Assembly: GCA_963695855.1 (NCBI GenBank)
Contig: CAVOHZ010000010.1
Coordinates: 1,152,001 to 1,216,000, forward strand
From: an uncultured Nitrososphaerales archaeon
GTDB taxonomy: Archaea > Thermoproteota > Nitrososphaeria > Nitrososphaerales > Nitrososphaeraceae
Reading direction: 5' to 3'
DNA length: 64,000 bases
Under the pieces are notes generated by a model. It was not told the DNA's origin. It made no database searches and was given only the letters and a program-made list of their open reading frames with translations. The translations under genes and the position numbers were made by a program. This document shows, one piece after another, positions 31,941 through 42,454 of the stretch (within the stretch, counting starts at the first letter, position 1; each line of letters begins with the position of its first letter).

Positions 31941-32022
31941 TAAGTTCAATATGTCTTATATTTAGAACATTTGTTTTTTCAGAAAAAGAAATAACTTAGT
32001 TTATCTTCAAATAAGTAAGTGA

Positions 32023-33442
32023 TTGTTTTCCTCTAAAATCAAAATTACATTTTATGGGGGAGTAAATGAAATAGGTGGAAACAAAATCCTAATTGAAGAT
32101 AAGATACAAAGGTTTTCTTGGATTTGGAAAAAGTTTCAGCCGTAGAGCAAGATTTTTCTAAGAGTTCATCAATCCTAGAACGTCAAATGGTATTGTTGAC
32201 TTTATTGCTATGGGACTAGTTCCAGGTATTTCTGGAATATATAGAAATGATTTGATAAAACTAACAGGCAGAAAAACCGAAAAACCTGAAATTGCTGCAG
32301 TATTACTTTCTCATGCTCATTCAGACCATGCTGATTACATCTCTTTTTTGCATGAGGATATACCGGTTTACATGGGAGAAACATGTTATATGATTTTAAA
32401 GGCACTGGAGGAAAGGTCGTCCAGAAATATTGAAAGAGAGATACTAAACTACAAACCAAGACCATACAGTACAAAAGACAAAGCTATAGAAAGAAAAATA
32501 GAGACTTTTAGAACAGGAGACAAGTTCAAGATAGGTTCTCTCGAAATAGAACCAATCCATGTTGACCATTCAGTACCCGGAGCATATGGATTCATTATCT
32601 ATACATCAAGTGGACCTGTTGTGTATACTGGTGATATCAGACTACATGGATTCAAATCTCAAATGACATTTGACTTTATAGAAAGAGCTAAAGCGGTAAA
32701 ACCGATTGCTCTGATTACTGAAGGAACCAGGATAAACGACATAGAAAAGATAGAAAGCGAAGAATTAGTCTACAGAGAATCAGGCAAAATAGTTAGAGAG
32801 ACTGATAGGCTCGTTCTTGTTGATTTTAATTTCAAAGATGTCGACAGATTCCGGACATTTTACAACATAGCAAAAGAAAATAATAGAAAATTTGTTGTAA
32901 AACTAAACGATGCATATTTTCTAAAATATTTATCTCAAGACAAAAATCTTGACGTTCCAAATATAGATGACGAAGATATTATTATTTATTTGCCAAAGAG
33001 AGGTTCTGGAACATACTCAGATTCAGATTATAAGGGCAAAGATGGTCAGTTTCTAGATCTTCATAATGCATGGACCGCAGAACAAATTGCTCCAAGGGAA
33101 GACAAGGTGCTCTGTGCAATAGGATTTTTCAGTTTTACCGCGTTAATTGACATGAAACTAAAACCAGGTGCAAGATATATCCACTCCGCAAGTGAACCGT
33201 ATAATGAAGAACAAGAGTTTGACCAAGTTAGGATAAACAATTGGATTGAACATTTTGGTATGACAAAGTTTCAGAGTCACTGTTCAGGACATGCAAGAGG
33301 TCGAGATCTTTTAAATGTAGTCAGAGAGATAGACTCAAAGATGTTATTTCCTGTTCATACTGAATATCCAGATGCTTATGCCAAAGTCACAAAAAACATG
33401 ACGATAATAGAAGAGGGAAAAAAATATGTCATCAAAGGGTGA
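32023..33442 (+). pseudogene. RNase J-like MBL/beta-CASP hydrolase with disrupted 5' end
   Basis: SHAHSDH, VDHSVPGA, YTGD, ITEGT, HCSGHA, PVHTE in ORF 32210-33442; upstream ITFYGGVNEIGGNKIL...VFLDFG is broken by two 1-bp deletions and TAA at 32159. Confidence 0.85.
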
Positions 33443-33516
33443 TATGAGGAAAGAACCAATGCGATCAGAAAAAATCTCACTTATAATTATCACACATATA
33501 CAATATTAATTGTATA

Positions 33517-34396
33517 GTTTCAAACCTATTTTAGTCAATTTCTAAGTTTGATATAATGGACATCACCAGCCGGCCCATTTGCGTTTCAAACCTATTTTAG
33601 TCAATTTCTAAGCATGAAGATAACCCAATCAATGGATTTGGATGCTCTGTTTCAAACCTATTTTAGTCAATTTCTAAGGTTATATCATAGACAAGTTTGA
33701 GCTTATGTTTTTGAAGTTTCAAACCTATTTTAGTCAATTTCTAAGGAATACTAAGGACACTGCTCAAAGTATCGGTCATGGGTTTCAAACCTATTTTAGT
33801 CAATTTCTAAGTTGTTTTACCTCTTTTTGCTTTCTATTGTTCATAGCAAGTTTCAAACCTATTTTAGTCAATTTCTAAGGCATTATTTATGCTGCCGATA
33901 TTTACAAGAACAAAGGTTTCAAACCTATTTTAGTCAATTTCTAAGATTATTACAACGACATAGGTTTGGATAGAAAAGAATTAGTTTCAAACCCATTTTA
34001 GTCAATTTCTAAGCTACTAGGAATTAAAACCTTATTCATGTCTGTTATTCCAGTTTCAAACCCATTTTAGTCAATTTCTAAGAAATGTGATAAAATTGGA
34101 TCAGTTTTCACTCCGTTTCAAACCCATTTTAGTCAATTTCTAAGGCAAAAAAAGAGATTACTATTGACCCAAAGAGAGGACAGTTTCAAACCCATTTTAG
34201 TCAATTTCTAAGGCAAAAAAAGAGATTACTATTGACCCAAAGAGAGGACAGTTTCAAACCCATTTTAGTCAATTTCTAAGATAAATATGTTGGGTTTAAA
34301 AGGAAAGTAATAATTAAGTTTCAAACCCATTTTAGTCAATTTCTAAGTCAGGATGAAAATTGATCCGTCGTTATCACATTTTTCTAGTTTCAAACC
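33517..34396 (-). CRISPR. CRISPR array: 13 complete 30-bp repeats, 13 spacers (32-39 bp) and a 10-bp truncated repeat
   Basis: GTTTCAAACCYATTTTAGTCAATTTCTAAG at 33517, 33583, 33649, 33716, 33782, 33850, 33916, 33984, 34053, 34115, 34183, 34251, 34318; GTTTCAAACC at 34387; minus strand inferred from the TTGAAAC 3' end. Confidence 0.98.
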
Positions 34397-34406
34397 GTAT
34401 GTATAC

Positions 34407-34694
34407 TACTGTCATTTTAAGTATTAATTCATTATAAATATTAATAAATTTCTGACTCAACTTATATGTATGGTTTTTCCAAATGGAAAAACTAATGAAG
34501 TCTCTAAAGATGATTCATCACTTTCTAAGAGGCTTCAATTTGTCATGCTAAAAAATGTTAGACCAGCATTTGATCTTAAAAAATGAAATATTAATAAAAT
34601 TCTTTCTAATAGAAAATATATCAATGATATTTTAGGAATAAAAAAAAGTTTTGTAACAATATTGTTACATTATTTTCTATTCAACTAGATTTCT
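34407..34694. repeat. about 288-bp duplication, copy A (copy B at 39934-40220)
   Basis: Long identical runs, e.g. AACTAATGAAGTCTCTAAAGATGATTCATCACTTTCTAAGAGGCTTCAATTTGTCATGC. Confidence 0.95.
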
Positions 34695-34915
34695 TCATAC
34701 ATAAAAACTTTACCAAAATGGGATTTATTGACTATAATGAGAAAAATCGAAAAGTATTTTTTAAAGGAATTCAAAAAATCTTCAGAAATATGTTACTATA
34801 AATTTTCCAGAAATATATTAGTAGAGATTTTACAGAAAAATATTACTAGTATATTAATATCAGTTAACTAAGTTAACTCATCCTTACATATTAGATTTCG
34901 TAATGCAAGAGGAAC

Positions 34916-35200
34916 ATGAAATCTCTTTACGAAAAAAACACTTTCGCTGTAATCGCTATAGTAACTGCCATATTCATGGTTGGTATAATGATGTCCGGCC
35001 CAATATTTGAAAATGCATATGCAAATGATGACCATCATGGCCACTACCATCACCACTACCATCACCACTACCGTCACCACCACCATCATGACCATGACAA
35101 CGACTGCTACGATCATCATGACCATGACCACGACTACTACGATCATCATGACCATGACAACGACTGCTACGATCATCATGACCATGACCACGACGACTAA
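34916..35200 (+). CDS. secreted His/Asp-rich peptide
   Basis: Signal peptide ending AYA; mature part about 45% His; 30-bp internal periodicity. Confidence 0.75.
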   Translation: MKSLYEKNTFAVIAIVTAIFMVGIMMSGPIFENAYANDDHHGHYHHHYHHHYRHHHHHDHDNDCYDHHDHDHDYYDHHDHDNDCYDHHDHDHDD

Positions 35201-35246
35201 CAACACAAATCTAGAAACATCTAGATCTTTTTTTAATTTGAATCAA

Positions 35247-35600
35247 TTAACAATTCCTTGGTAAGATGCTAATATTTGGTGTATAAAGATATTTGAATTT
35301 ATAGCTGTATGGTATTGTAAAGAATATCAATAGATGGCCTTTATCATTTCTTTTTATTTTTGTACGCTGAGATAACAATTCTATAGCCACATTAATATTA
35401 TGTATCTCACCAATGGATATTAAAGACTCAATGAAATTTTTAAAATCCTTCGAATGTATATTAGTTACATGCAGTATAAGATTACCATTTTGTATGTTGT
35501 CGTTATAACTTCTAGGCTTGAGTTTAGGTTTCTCTTCTTTATTAAAAATTGAAAATTGAAAGATCTCATCCATTGCGCTTGTAGTTAAATTACTTTCCAT
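35247..35600 (-). CDS. hypothetical protein
   Basis: 117-aa ORF, ATG start. Confidence 0.45.
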   Translation of the reverse strand: MESNLTTSAMDEIFQFSIFNKEEKPKLKPRSYNDNIQNGNLILHVTNIHSKDFKNFIESLISIGEIHNINVAIELLSQRTKIKRNDKGHLLIFFTIPYSYKFKYLYTPNISILPRNC

Positions 35601-35864
35601 CTATAAAATCTATAACCCATAGATTAAATGAATTATCGATATTGTATATACTACAGATAGTTTACATATATTACTTCAAACTTTAGATCTGTATGGCTTC
35701 AAACAAATATTTGCGAATGATCTCTAAATCTAATGATTGTTTACACGTTAATTTGCCAAAGGCAGTTAAGAATTTAGGTTTTGAATTCCAAAATTATGTT
35801 ACAGTACAATTGAATCCAGATGAATCTATTACGATTAAAAAAATCGATTTGGATTTGAATTAGA

Positions 35865-36149
35865 ATGAATTTAATAGAGAAAAGTTTAAAAAAATTTGAG
35901 AAATTAAGTAAAGTAAGACCTTTACCAATAGAAGTAAAGCATAAGGCTGAAGAAAAAATCAATCAAATTATACAGAACAAAGTTTCTAATACAGAGGTAC
36001 AAGAATTGAATTCAGCAGTCAAAAATATATCGAATCTAACAGGTTATCCTAGTTCTAGAGTTATGGAAGCTTTAATGAAATCAGATACAAAGAAGATCAT
36101 TATGGTCAATACTGAAGGTAAAATTTTTATTAAAAGAAACGAAGAATAG
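35865..36149 (+). CDS. basic hypothetical protein
   Basis: 94-aa ORF, ATG start. Confidence 0.55.
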   Translation: MNLIEKSLKKFEKLSKVRPLPIEVKHKAEEKINQIIQNKVSNTEVQELNSAVKNISNLTGYPSSRVMEALMKSDTKKIIMVNTEGKIFIKRNEE

Positions 36150-36444
36150 AAAGATTAAGGTTTATTTGTCCGCAATAATTGTAGGTTCTCTATGGTTGAG
36201 TTTAAAACTTTCTACTAAACTTTCAATTCTTCTATGTTCAAAGGCAGATAGATTAAAAACTGAATTTTTGTCAATTATAATATAAGAATCTTTATTTTTC
36301 TCTATAGATTTAAATTCTTTATTCCTATCATCATACAAACTAAAATCATTTGAAAATATCGATTCTATCGCTTTAAATCTATTTCCAAAATAAATTATAA
36401 AGGCTACACATCTAAATCCACTTAAATCCTTATTCTATCAATAT

Positions 36445-37800
36445 TCAATAGACATTTTTCTCAAAAGATAATGGTTTAAAGTTAAGATTTAGATCATTAG
36501 CATATCTGTATGCTCTTTTTATTTCTTCTTTGGTGGGAGATCTTGCAATTTCATTATACCGATCTTTATATTTTGGGGACAATGGATTACATAGATTGTC
36601 TGGATGGTATTGATCCATAATGTTGATCTGAACTTCTGGCATATTCTTGGCAATCCACTCTAAAACAGGATTAGTACAACACTCAATATGATTGGGCATT
36701 ACTAGATGACGTATTACAAAATCCTCTCCCCATCGATGCACAAGTTTTAGATTTTTAGTTACAGTTTCCCAGTACCAAGGAGTTCTAGAAAGGTCTAACG
36801 CACATTTGCCAGGACCAAACTTGAAGTCTGGTAGCCAGCCGTCCATGAGTGTGCGCAGAATACTCATTGTCTCACTACTCATAAAGAAGTTCGAGTTCCA
36901 GAGCTGTGGACTATTGAATATAGACTGTTTATAGAATGCATATCCCGAATCAGGAGGTGAATTGTCAAAATATTTATCAGATTTGACCGATTCAATATAA
37001 TCAAGATCCTTTATATTATTTATCCAGTCTATCTTGAAGGAGTCGAGCATACTTATTGCCTGTGTAATGGTATGGAGGTGTATAGTTGGATCACCCCCAA
37101 CCCAGTTAATATTATGACATCCTTCCATTCTAAGCTGCCAAATCATTAAGGCTAAATTATTTGGGGTAATAAGAATACCATTTTCCTTGTCTGTGCTTAT
37201 ATCTCCATTTTGACAAAAAGAGCACCTCATATTGCAGCTTGTAAAAAAAATTGTTCCTGATCCATTGGTTCCTCTGAAAATAAGTTCCTCACCACGATGA
37301 TGAAAATAACTGCTTACTTTAGAAGTTGATTCAAGCTGACAAGTACCACGCTTTTTATGTGTTTTAGTCTGGCATGATCCGTCTTCATTAACTGTTAGTT
37401 GATTAGATCGGTCAATCTGACAATTCCAGCGACAAAAGTTGCAGTGTGTTAGCATGCGTTTGACAAGCTCAACAGTCAAATCCAGTAGTGAGGTTTTCTT
37501 ATGTTGTTTTAATTCGGTTATTATGTCAGTTTCTTCAGATCTTATTGATTTCCACCTCTCTAGGAATATTTTTGTTAGATTTGTAAATTCTTCCCAAAGT
37601 TTTTGTTCATTTATGCCTGATAAATCCATAAATTTACAGGGTATGGATCTGGAAATCAAGTATTTGGCAGGCATCCGATTTGTTGACACAGCGAAGTACC
37701 AAGGTAAGCCCGTTCCCCTATTCTCTTTTAGCTGTTTCCATATGTATAAAGATTCAAAATTCAGAAAGCCTTTATTATCAGTTTGAAAGGATGATCTCAT
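36445..37800 (-). CDS. PflX-like radical SAM protein
   Basis: CNFCRWNC, GSGTIFF, CNMRCSFCQN, RHLVMP, NIMDQY. Confidence 0.92.
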   Translation of the reverse strand: MRSSFQTDNKGFLNFESLYIWKQLKENRGTGLPWYFAVSTNRMPAKYLISRSIPCKFMDLSGINEQKLWEEFTNLTKIFLERWKSIRSEETDIITELKQHKKTSLLDLTVELVKRMLTHCNFCRWNCQIDRSNQLTVNEDGSCQTKTHKKRGTCQLESTSKVSSYFHHRGEELIFRGTNGSGTIFFTSCNMRCSFCQNGDISTDKENGILITPNNLALMIWQLRMEGCHNINWVGGDPTIHLHTITQAISMLDSFKIDWINNIKDLDYIESVKSDKYFDNSPPDSGYAFYKQSIFNSPQLWNSNFFMSSETMSILRTLMDGWLPDFKFGPGKCALDLSRTPWYWETVTKNLKLVHRWGEDFVIRHLVMPNHIECCTNPVLEWIAKNMPEVQINIMDQYHPDNLCNPLSPKYKDRYNEIARSPTKEEIKRAYRYANDLNLNFKPLSFEKNVY

Positions 37801-38217
37801 GGTATTATATTATAATAGTAATATATTTGACAAGATTTATTTATATTTGTAACCCTTTATCTTCAATAAACTAAAATCAATTTACTTTCATAGTTTTCAT
37901 AGAATATGAGAGGATATCCTCAGCTATATAAGTATGAAAATTAATAATGTAATAGCAATTCAATAATCAATATTAGCGACAAGATTACTTAACTAGATTT
38001 TCAAGTTTTAATCGATAATATTAATAAAATTTTTACTTTCTGTCATATTTTTAATTGGAGATTCTAGAGATTTAATCTATGAGGTTTGTTCTTACTTGTT
38101 TTTATTACCAATAGGGAACATATCTCCATTGCTTTCTCAATAAAATCTCACACTTTTATTTTTTATAAATCTATATTGAATAGATTGTTTGGATACGAAC
38201 AAAAAAATGGAAAATAA

Positions 38218-38712
38218 TCAAGGTTTATAAATAGTATCAAAAATCCGATCCCGAAATTGTTCCAAAATAGAATACGAAGGTTCAAACTCTTTACTGTCAT
38301 AATAATCAGACAACAAGTCTTTATTACTCAGAATGGGTTTAATTATATCTTTATCAGTAATTATTCCAATTAGTTTTTGTTCATTATTAATTACTGGTAG
38401 TCTTCTAAAGTTATGTGAATGCATAATTTGTAAGGCCTCTATTAACGAATTAGAATCTTTAATTGTAATTAGTGGAGAAGTCATTATCTTTTGTGCTTGT
38501 AATTGTAAAGTATCTTCTTCTTGCGCAATACAGTATACTATATCTCGTTCTGTGATTATTCCAACAGGATCATTAGATTCATTTACTACTATAAGACTGC
38601 CGATATTGTTATTTTTCATAATTTGGCATATTTGTAATAATGGTCTTGTTATTTGACTTGTCTTCACGTTACTAGACATAAAATTCGAAATATTGGTACT
38701 TTTTAAGCTCAA
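38218..38712 (-). CDS. CBS-domain protein
   Basis: IGSLIVV...VGIITERD, RRLPVI...IGIITDKD. Confidence 0.92.
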   Translation of the reverse strand: MSLKSTNISNFMSSNVKTSQITRPLLQICQIMKNNNIGSLIVVNESNDPVGIITERDIVYCIAQEEDTLQLQAQKIMTSPLITIKDSNSLIEALQIMHSHNFRRLPVINNEQKLIGIITDKDIIKPILSNKDLLSDYYDSKEFEPSYSILEQFRDRIFDTIYKP

Positions 38713-39794
38713 GATGAATATATTTATAGAAGAATACTTCTACATATCTCTTTTCTTTTTTAATCAATTTATTACCTGAATCTGATCCGGTTACATCCAA
38801 ATCTTTTTGCTATACGTAAATCCAGAATTTATTGTTATATCTCATTTGTTACTTTATGACATTGTATATTGTGTGGTCTTCTACTTCACTTCTTATCATC
38901 TCTTTATAAGTTAATTGTTCTGTTTTTATTAATTTTATTTCTTCATCCTTTTGGAGCATTAATTGCTGAAATATTTTTCTTGCATCTTGTAATTCCTTAT
39001 CCTTATAATCCTTGGGATAGGTTTTAGAATAAAAATTTGTTGTTTATTTTATCATGTAATTTAACATGATAAAATATTATATTATATTATATTATGTCTG
39101 TGGAATAAATAGATAGGTAGATAGATAGAAATACTATTATTTTTGTATTTGTTGTATTTTTTCTAGATATTCACAAATATGTTTCTTGTTGGTCTGCACT
39201 TCCAAATATTCTCCCTTTGAGGGATGCCAATATATTGGAATATCGCAGCCATAGCACGATTTAACATTCATTTTGTTTTACTTCACTTCTTAGTATAATT
39301 AATCACATTTCTATTTTTTAAAATATTGCTATATAATATAGATAGTATCAATAGTTCTATCTACCTATATTCTCATGATATTATAACAATTTAAAAAAAT
39401 ATTTTTATAAATTTATAAATCTATTACTCTAGCGATATTGTCAATATAAAATCAGAATTTTGAATAATTCCGGAGTAGAAGGAGGGTAGAAATGGTCACC
39501 TTCTTCGTTCCGGAGTCCTGGTAAGTCGTTGAAGGATGTAAATTCAATTACGATAAAGTGGTTTATCTCTATTTATAATAGAAAACCTTTACGGGTATAT
39601 TGATCTAAATAATTACATTAGCATATGCGTGTTACTAATTGACTGCTATTCAACACAGTAATCCAACATCTTCTAAATACTGTAATCAATGTGGTTCAAA
39701 CTTAATGATCTTACCTGAACATCTATCAAAAATATGATGATAAATAATGGGGATATATTCATTGACAAGATAAACAGAGATCATTGAATAGCTT

Positions 39795-39876
39795 TGATAA
39801 ATACTCACCAATAGTTGAAGAAATGGCAAATAGTATTAAAATAACAAAGCCAAATTTTGAAGGAGTAAATTGTTGA
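39795..39876 (+). pseudogene. 3' remnant of a PsbP-like gene, duplicated at about 46759-46839
   Basis: FDKYSPIVEEMANSIKITKPNFEGVNC; shared AATAGTATTAAAATAACAAAGCCAAATTTTGAAGGA. Confidence 0.55.
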
Positions 39877-39933
39877 AACTATCTTTCAATTTTTTAGATA
39901 ATAATTTTTAATTCTGTAACACTTGTGTTTATT

Positions 39934-40220
39934 TACTGTCATTTTAAGTACTAATTCATTATAAATATTAATAAATTTCCTACTCAACATACATTTATGG
40001 TCTTTTCAAATGGGAAAACTAATGAAGTCTCTAAAGATGATTCATCACTTTCTAAGAGGCTTCAATTTGTCATGCTAAAAAATGTTAGACCAGCATTTGA
40101 GCTTAAAAAATTAAATATTAATAAAATTCTTTCTAATAGAAAATATATCAATGATATTTAGGAATAAAAAAAAGTTTTGTAACAATATTGTTACATTATT
40201 TTCTATTCAACTAGATTTCT
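39934..40220. repeat. about 287-bp duplication, copy B
   Basis: Matches 34407-34694 and includes the stop of gene 40203-40625. Confidence 0.95.
40165..40195 (-). terminator. putative terminator: perfect 18-bp palindrome plus T-tract
   Basis: TGTAACAATATTGTTACA (40178-40195) just after the stop, followed by poly-T on the minus strand; copy at 34652-34669. Confidence 0.55.
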
Positions 40221-40625
40221 GCCGTGGATTTTTAGTAGTCTTTGTAAAATCTCAGCAGCAATATGTCCTTTAACAGTTTGTTTGAGGTCAAGACCCGATA
40301 TTTCTTGAACAATTGTAGCAAATTTTGGATGTTTTGCCTTGATTTCTGATGCTTTTGCCTTGATTTCTTCTTCTGTCATATATTCCTCTAACGGTGAACG
40401 ACTCTGACCAGTTATTTTTTCCTCAACTAGATTTCTGGCATGTGCTTTTAGTATTCTCTGTAAAACTCCCGCTACAAAATAAGCTCTGAAAGTTTCTTTC
40501 AGATCAAGATCAGGAATTTCTTGAACAATTGTAGCATACTTTGGATGGCTTGTTTTAAATTCTGCTGCTTTTGACTTAAATTCTTCTTTTGTCATTCTAA
40601 TATCTTCTAAAATGGTTGTCATCAT
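40203..40625 (-). CDS. two-repeat helical hypothetical protein, no signal peptide
   Basis: Unit MTxEExKxK...HPKxATIVQEI..LDLK.T...LQR.LK.H.RNLVE present twice. Confidence 0.85.
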   Translation of the reverse strand: MMTTILEDIRMTKEEFKSKAAEFKTSHPKYATIVQEIPDLDLKETFRAYFVAGVLQRILKAHARNLVEEKITGQSRSPLEEYMTEEEIKAKASEIKAKHPKFATIVQEISGLDLKQTVKGHIAAEILQRLLKIHGRNLVE

Positions 40626-41049
40626 AATGTGTGTATAAAAACACGTATATAACGATCTGTATCTCTGGAATAGATATATTTATATATAAATAAGAATACA
40701 GGAAACATATTGCATAGTATTGCAAACCATTACAATATATGTCAATAACAGAGTAATATATTTACAAATCTATACTTGCGTACGATTTTATATAACTCAA
40801 TTAAAATACCATATTCATATATTTAGCTAATCTGATTTCAGTCATACTATGTGAGTTGTAAACCGACCTTGGCGAAGAATGGTAATCAGGCATTATTACT
40901 TTTATTAATAAAATCCATTATTATAGAACATTTTTAATATTACTAGTTGATAATTTCATTAACGTTGAAGATAAAAATTATTTCAAGTCTTAAATATAAA
41001 TAGAAAAATTTCATTTTATATACACATGGAACATAAAATACTATTTTTC

Positions 41050-42168
41050 TCATTTAATTATTTTGAATTCATCTAATACTTCGCCATCATTGGAATAGTA
41101 TTTACCTATTAACGTATTTCCATTATCGGCTACATCGACGTTTAAAAATCCATAGCTGGAATCTTGCTGATATACGATATAAGGTTCTTGGTTGGTAAAA
41201 GCATCAAAATTAACTCCACCAGTTCCTACTATTATCTGAAACATTCCTTTAGGGGATGTGTATTCTGTTTTGCCGTTATCGTTAATAATTGGTTGTGATG
41301 AATTTTTTTCATTATAAGATATGGGGTAGGTTCTTTGGTAATTATGAGCATGGCCACTAAACAGTATATCAACTCCATATTTTTCAAATAGTGGATGGTA
41401 TGTATCTCTCAATTTTTTTATTGGATCACAAGAGTCATGAAGTCCACAAAGCGAAGAATATTGCTGTCTATGGGTCATAACAATAATCCATTTTATATCC
41501 GGATTTTTTGATGCTTGTGACAGATCTTTATTAACATATTCATATTGTTCTGTTTCTTCAGCATCTGAGAAACGATCTTCCTCACCAGCATTATATGTAG
41601 ATTCAGAAGACATCATTAGAAAATGGATATTTTTGTCGTCAAATGAATAATACGGATCGGATAATTCAAAGTTTTCCATATATTGTTGAAAAAAGGTTGG
41701 CGTCATATAATCATGATTACCAACTATTGCCTTCATTTTATCAGAGATAGGTTTCACTATATCTAGCCAACAATTCATATCAGTACCATAGGATGTATCC
41801 CCAAGATTGAAGACTATTTCTGGATTGTGGTCTTGAATAGAATCTACTGTCTTTTTAGTATCTTTAGTGCAACCCCAATCACCAACCAATGCAAAATTGA
41901 AATTGGAGAAATTTTTTTCATCCTCAAACTGTTCATTTTTTTCCTTAAAAGACGTAAGTTGACTTTTAGGATCTGTACTTTCAGAGTTGTCACTTTTATG
42001 CGATGAAGAGCTTTTATCGCTAAATTCATTAGTATCATAATATTCTTCTGACTGGAATTCAAAAAAATCATCAGATTTGGAAAATGCAGTTTTTAATGAA
42101 ATATCAATAGAAAGTAATAAGGACAAGCTTAAGGAAATGATTAATATTTTATTATATTTATATAACAT
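41050..42168 (-). CDS. secreted metallophosphoesterase (purple acid phosphatase-like)
   Basis: GDWG, LGDTSY, VGNHD, MTHR, SGHAHNYQR. Confidence 0.92.
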   Translation of the reverse strand: MLYKYNKILIISLSLSLLLSIDISLKTAFSKSDDFFEFQSEEYYDTNEFSDKSSSSHKSDNSESTDPKSQLTSFKEKNEQFEDEKNFSNFNFALVGDWGCTKDTKKTVDSIQDHNPEIVFNLGDTSYGTDMNCWLDIVKPISDKMKAIVGNHDYMTPTFFQQYMENFELSDPYYSFDDKNIHFLMMSSESTYNAGEEDRFSDAEETEQYEYVNKDLSQASKNPDIKWIIVMTHRQQYSSLCGLHDSCDPIKKLRDTYHPLFEKYGVDILFSGHAHNYQRTYPISYNEKNSSQPIINDNGKTEYTSPKGMFQIIVGTGGVNFDAFTNQEPYIVYQQDSSYGFLNVDVADNGNTLIGKYYSNDGEVLDEFKIIK

Positions 42169-42454
42169 ATTAACATAAAGATTTTAATTGCATATATATT
42201 TGTAATAAATAAGGTTTAATGTGTCAGCTAACATATGCTAAGCGATAATCCAAAGAACTTGATTTTCATCTATCTGTAATATTGACTATATGTATATACT
42301 TATCTCGTGCTTTGTCATTATGTTGATATATGATTTTAAATGCTTTGTTTTTTGCTATGTAATATTTATCTTGAATAGGTAGGTATCATTACACATATTT
42401 ATTTTCTATACTATTATAGATGAGATTTAAAAAATTTAAAATAGTAACCCTATT

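Noticed and set aside
32210-33442. Type VII Cas14 or any cas gene call
   Set aside because: No cas5/cas7 nearby and no C-terminal extension; motifs fit a generic RNase J-like protein
33547-34386. Self-targeting spacers within the window
   Set aside because: No match noticed by eye outside the array; a proper alignment was not possible
34868-35264. Val/Met-rich antisense ORF and Thr/Met-rich alternative-frame ORF
   Set aside because: Shadows of the His/Asp repeat; only 34916-35200 has a credible signal peptide
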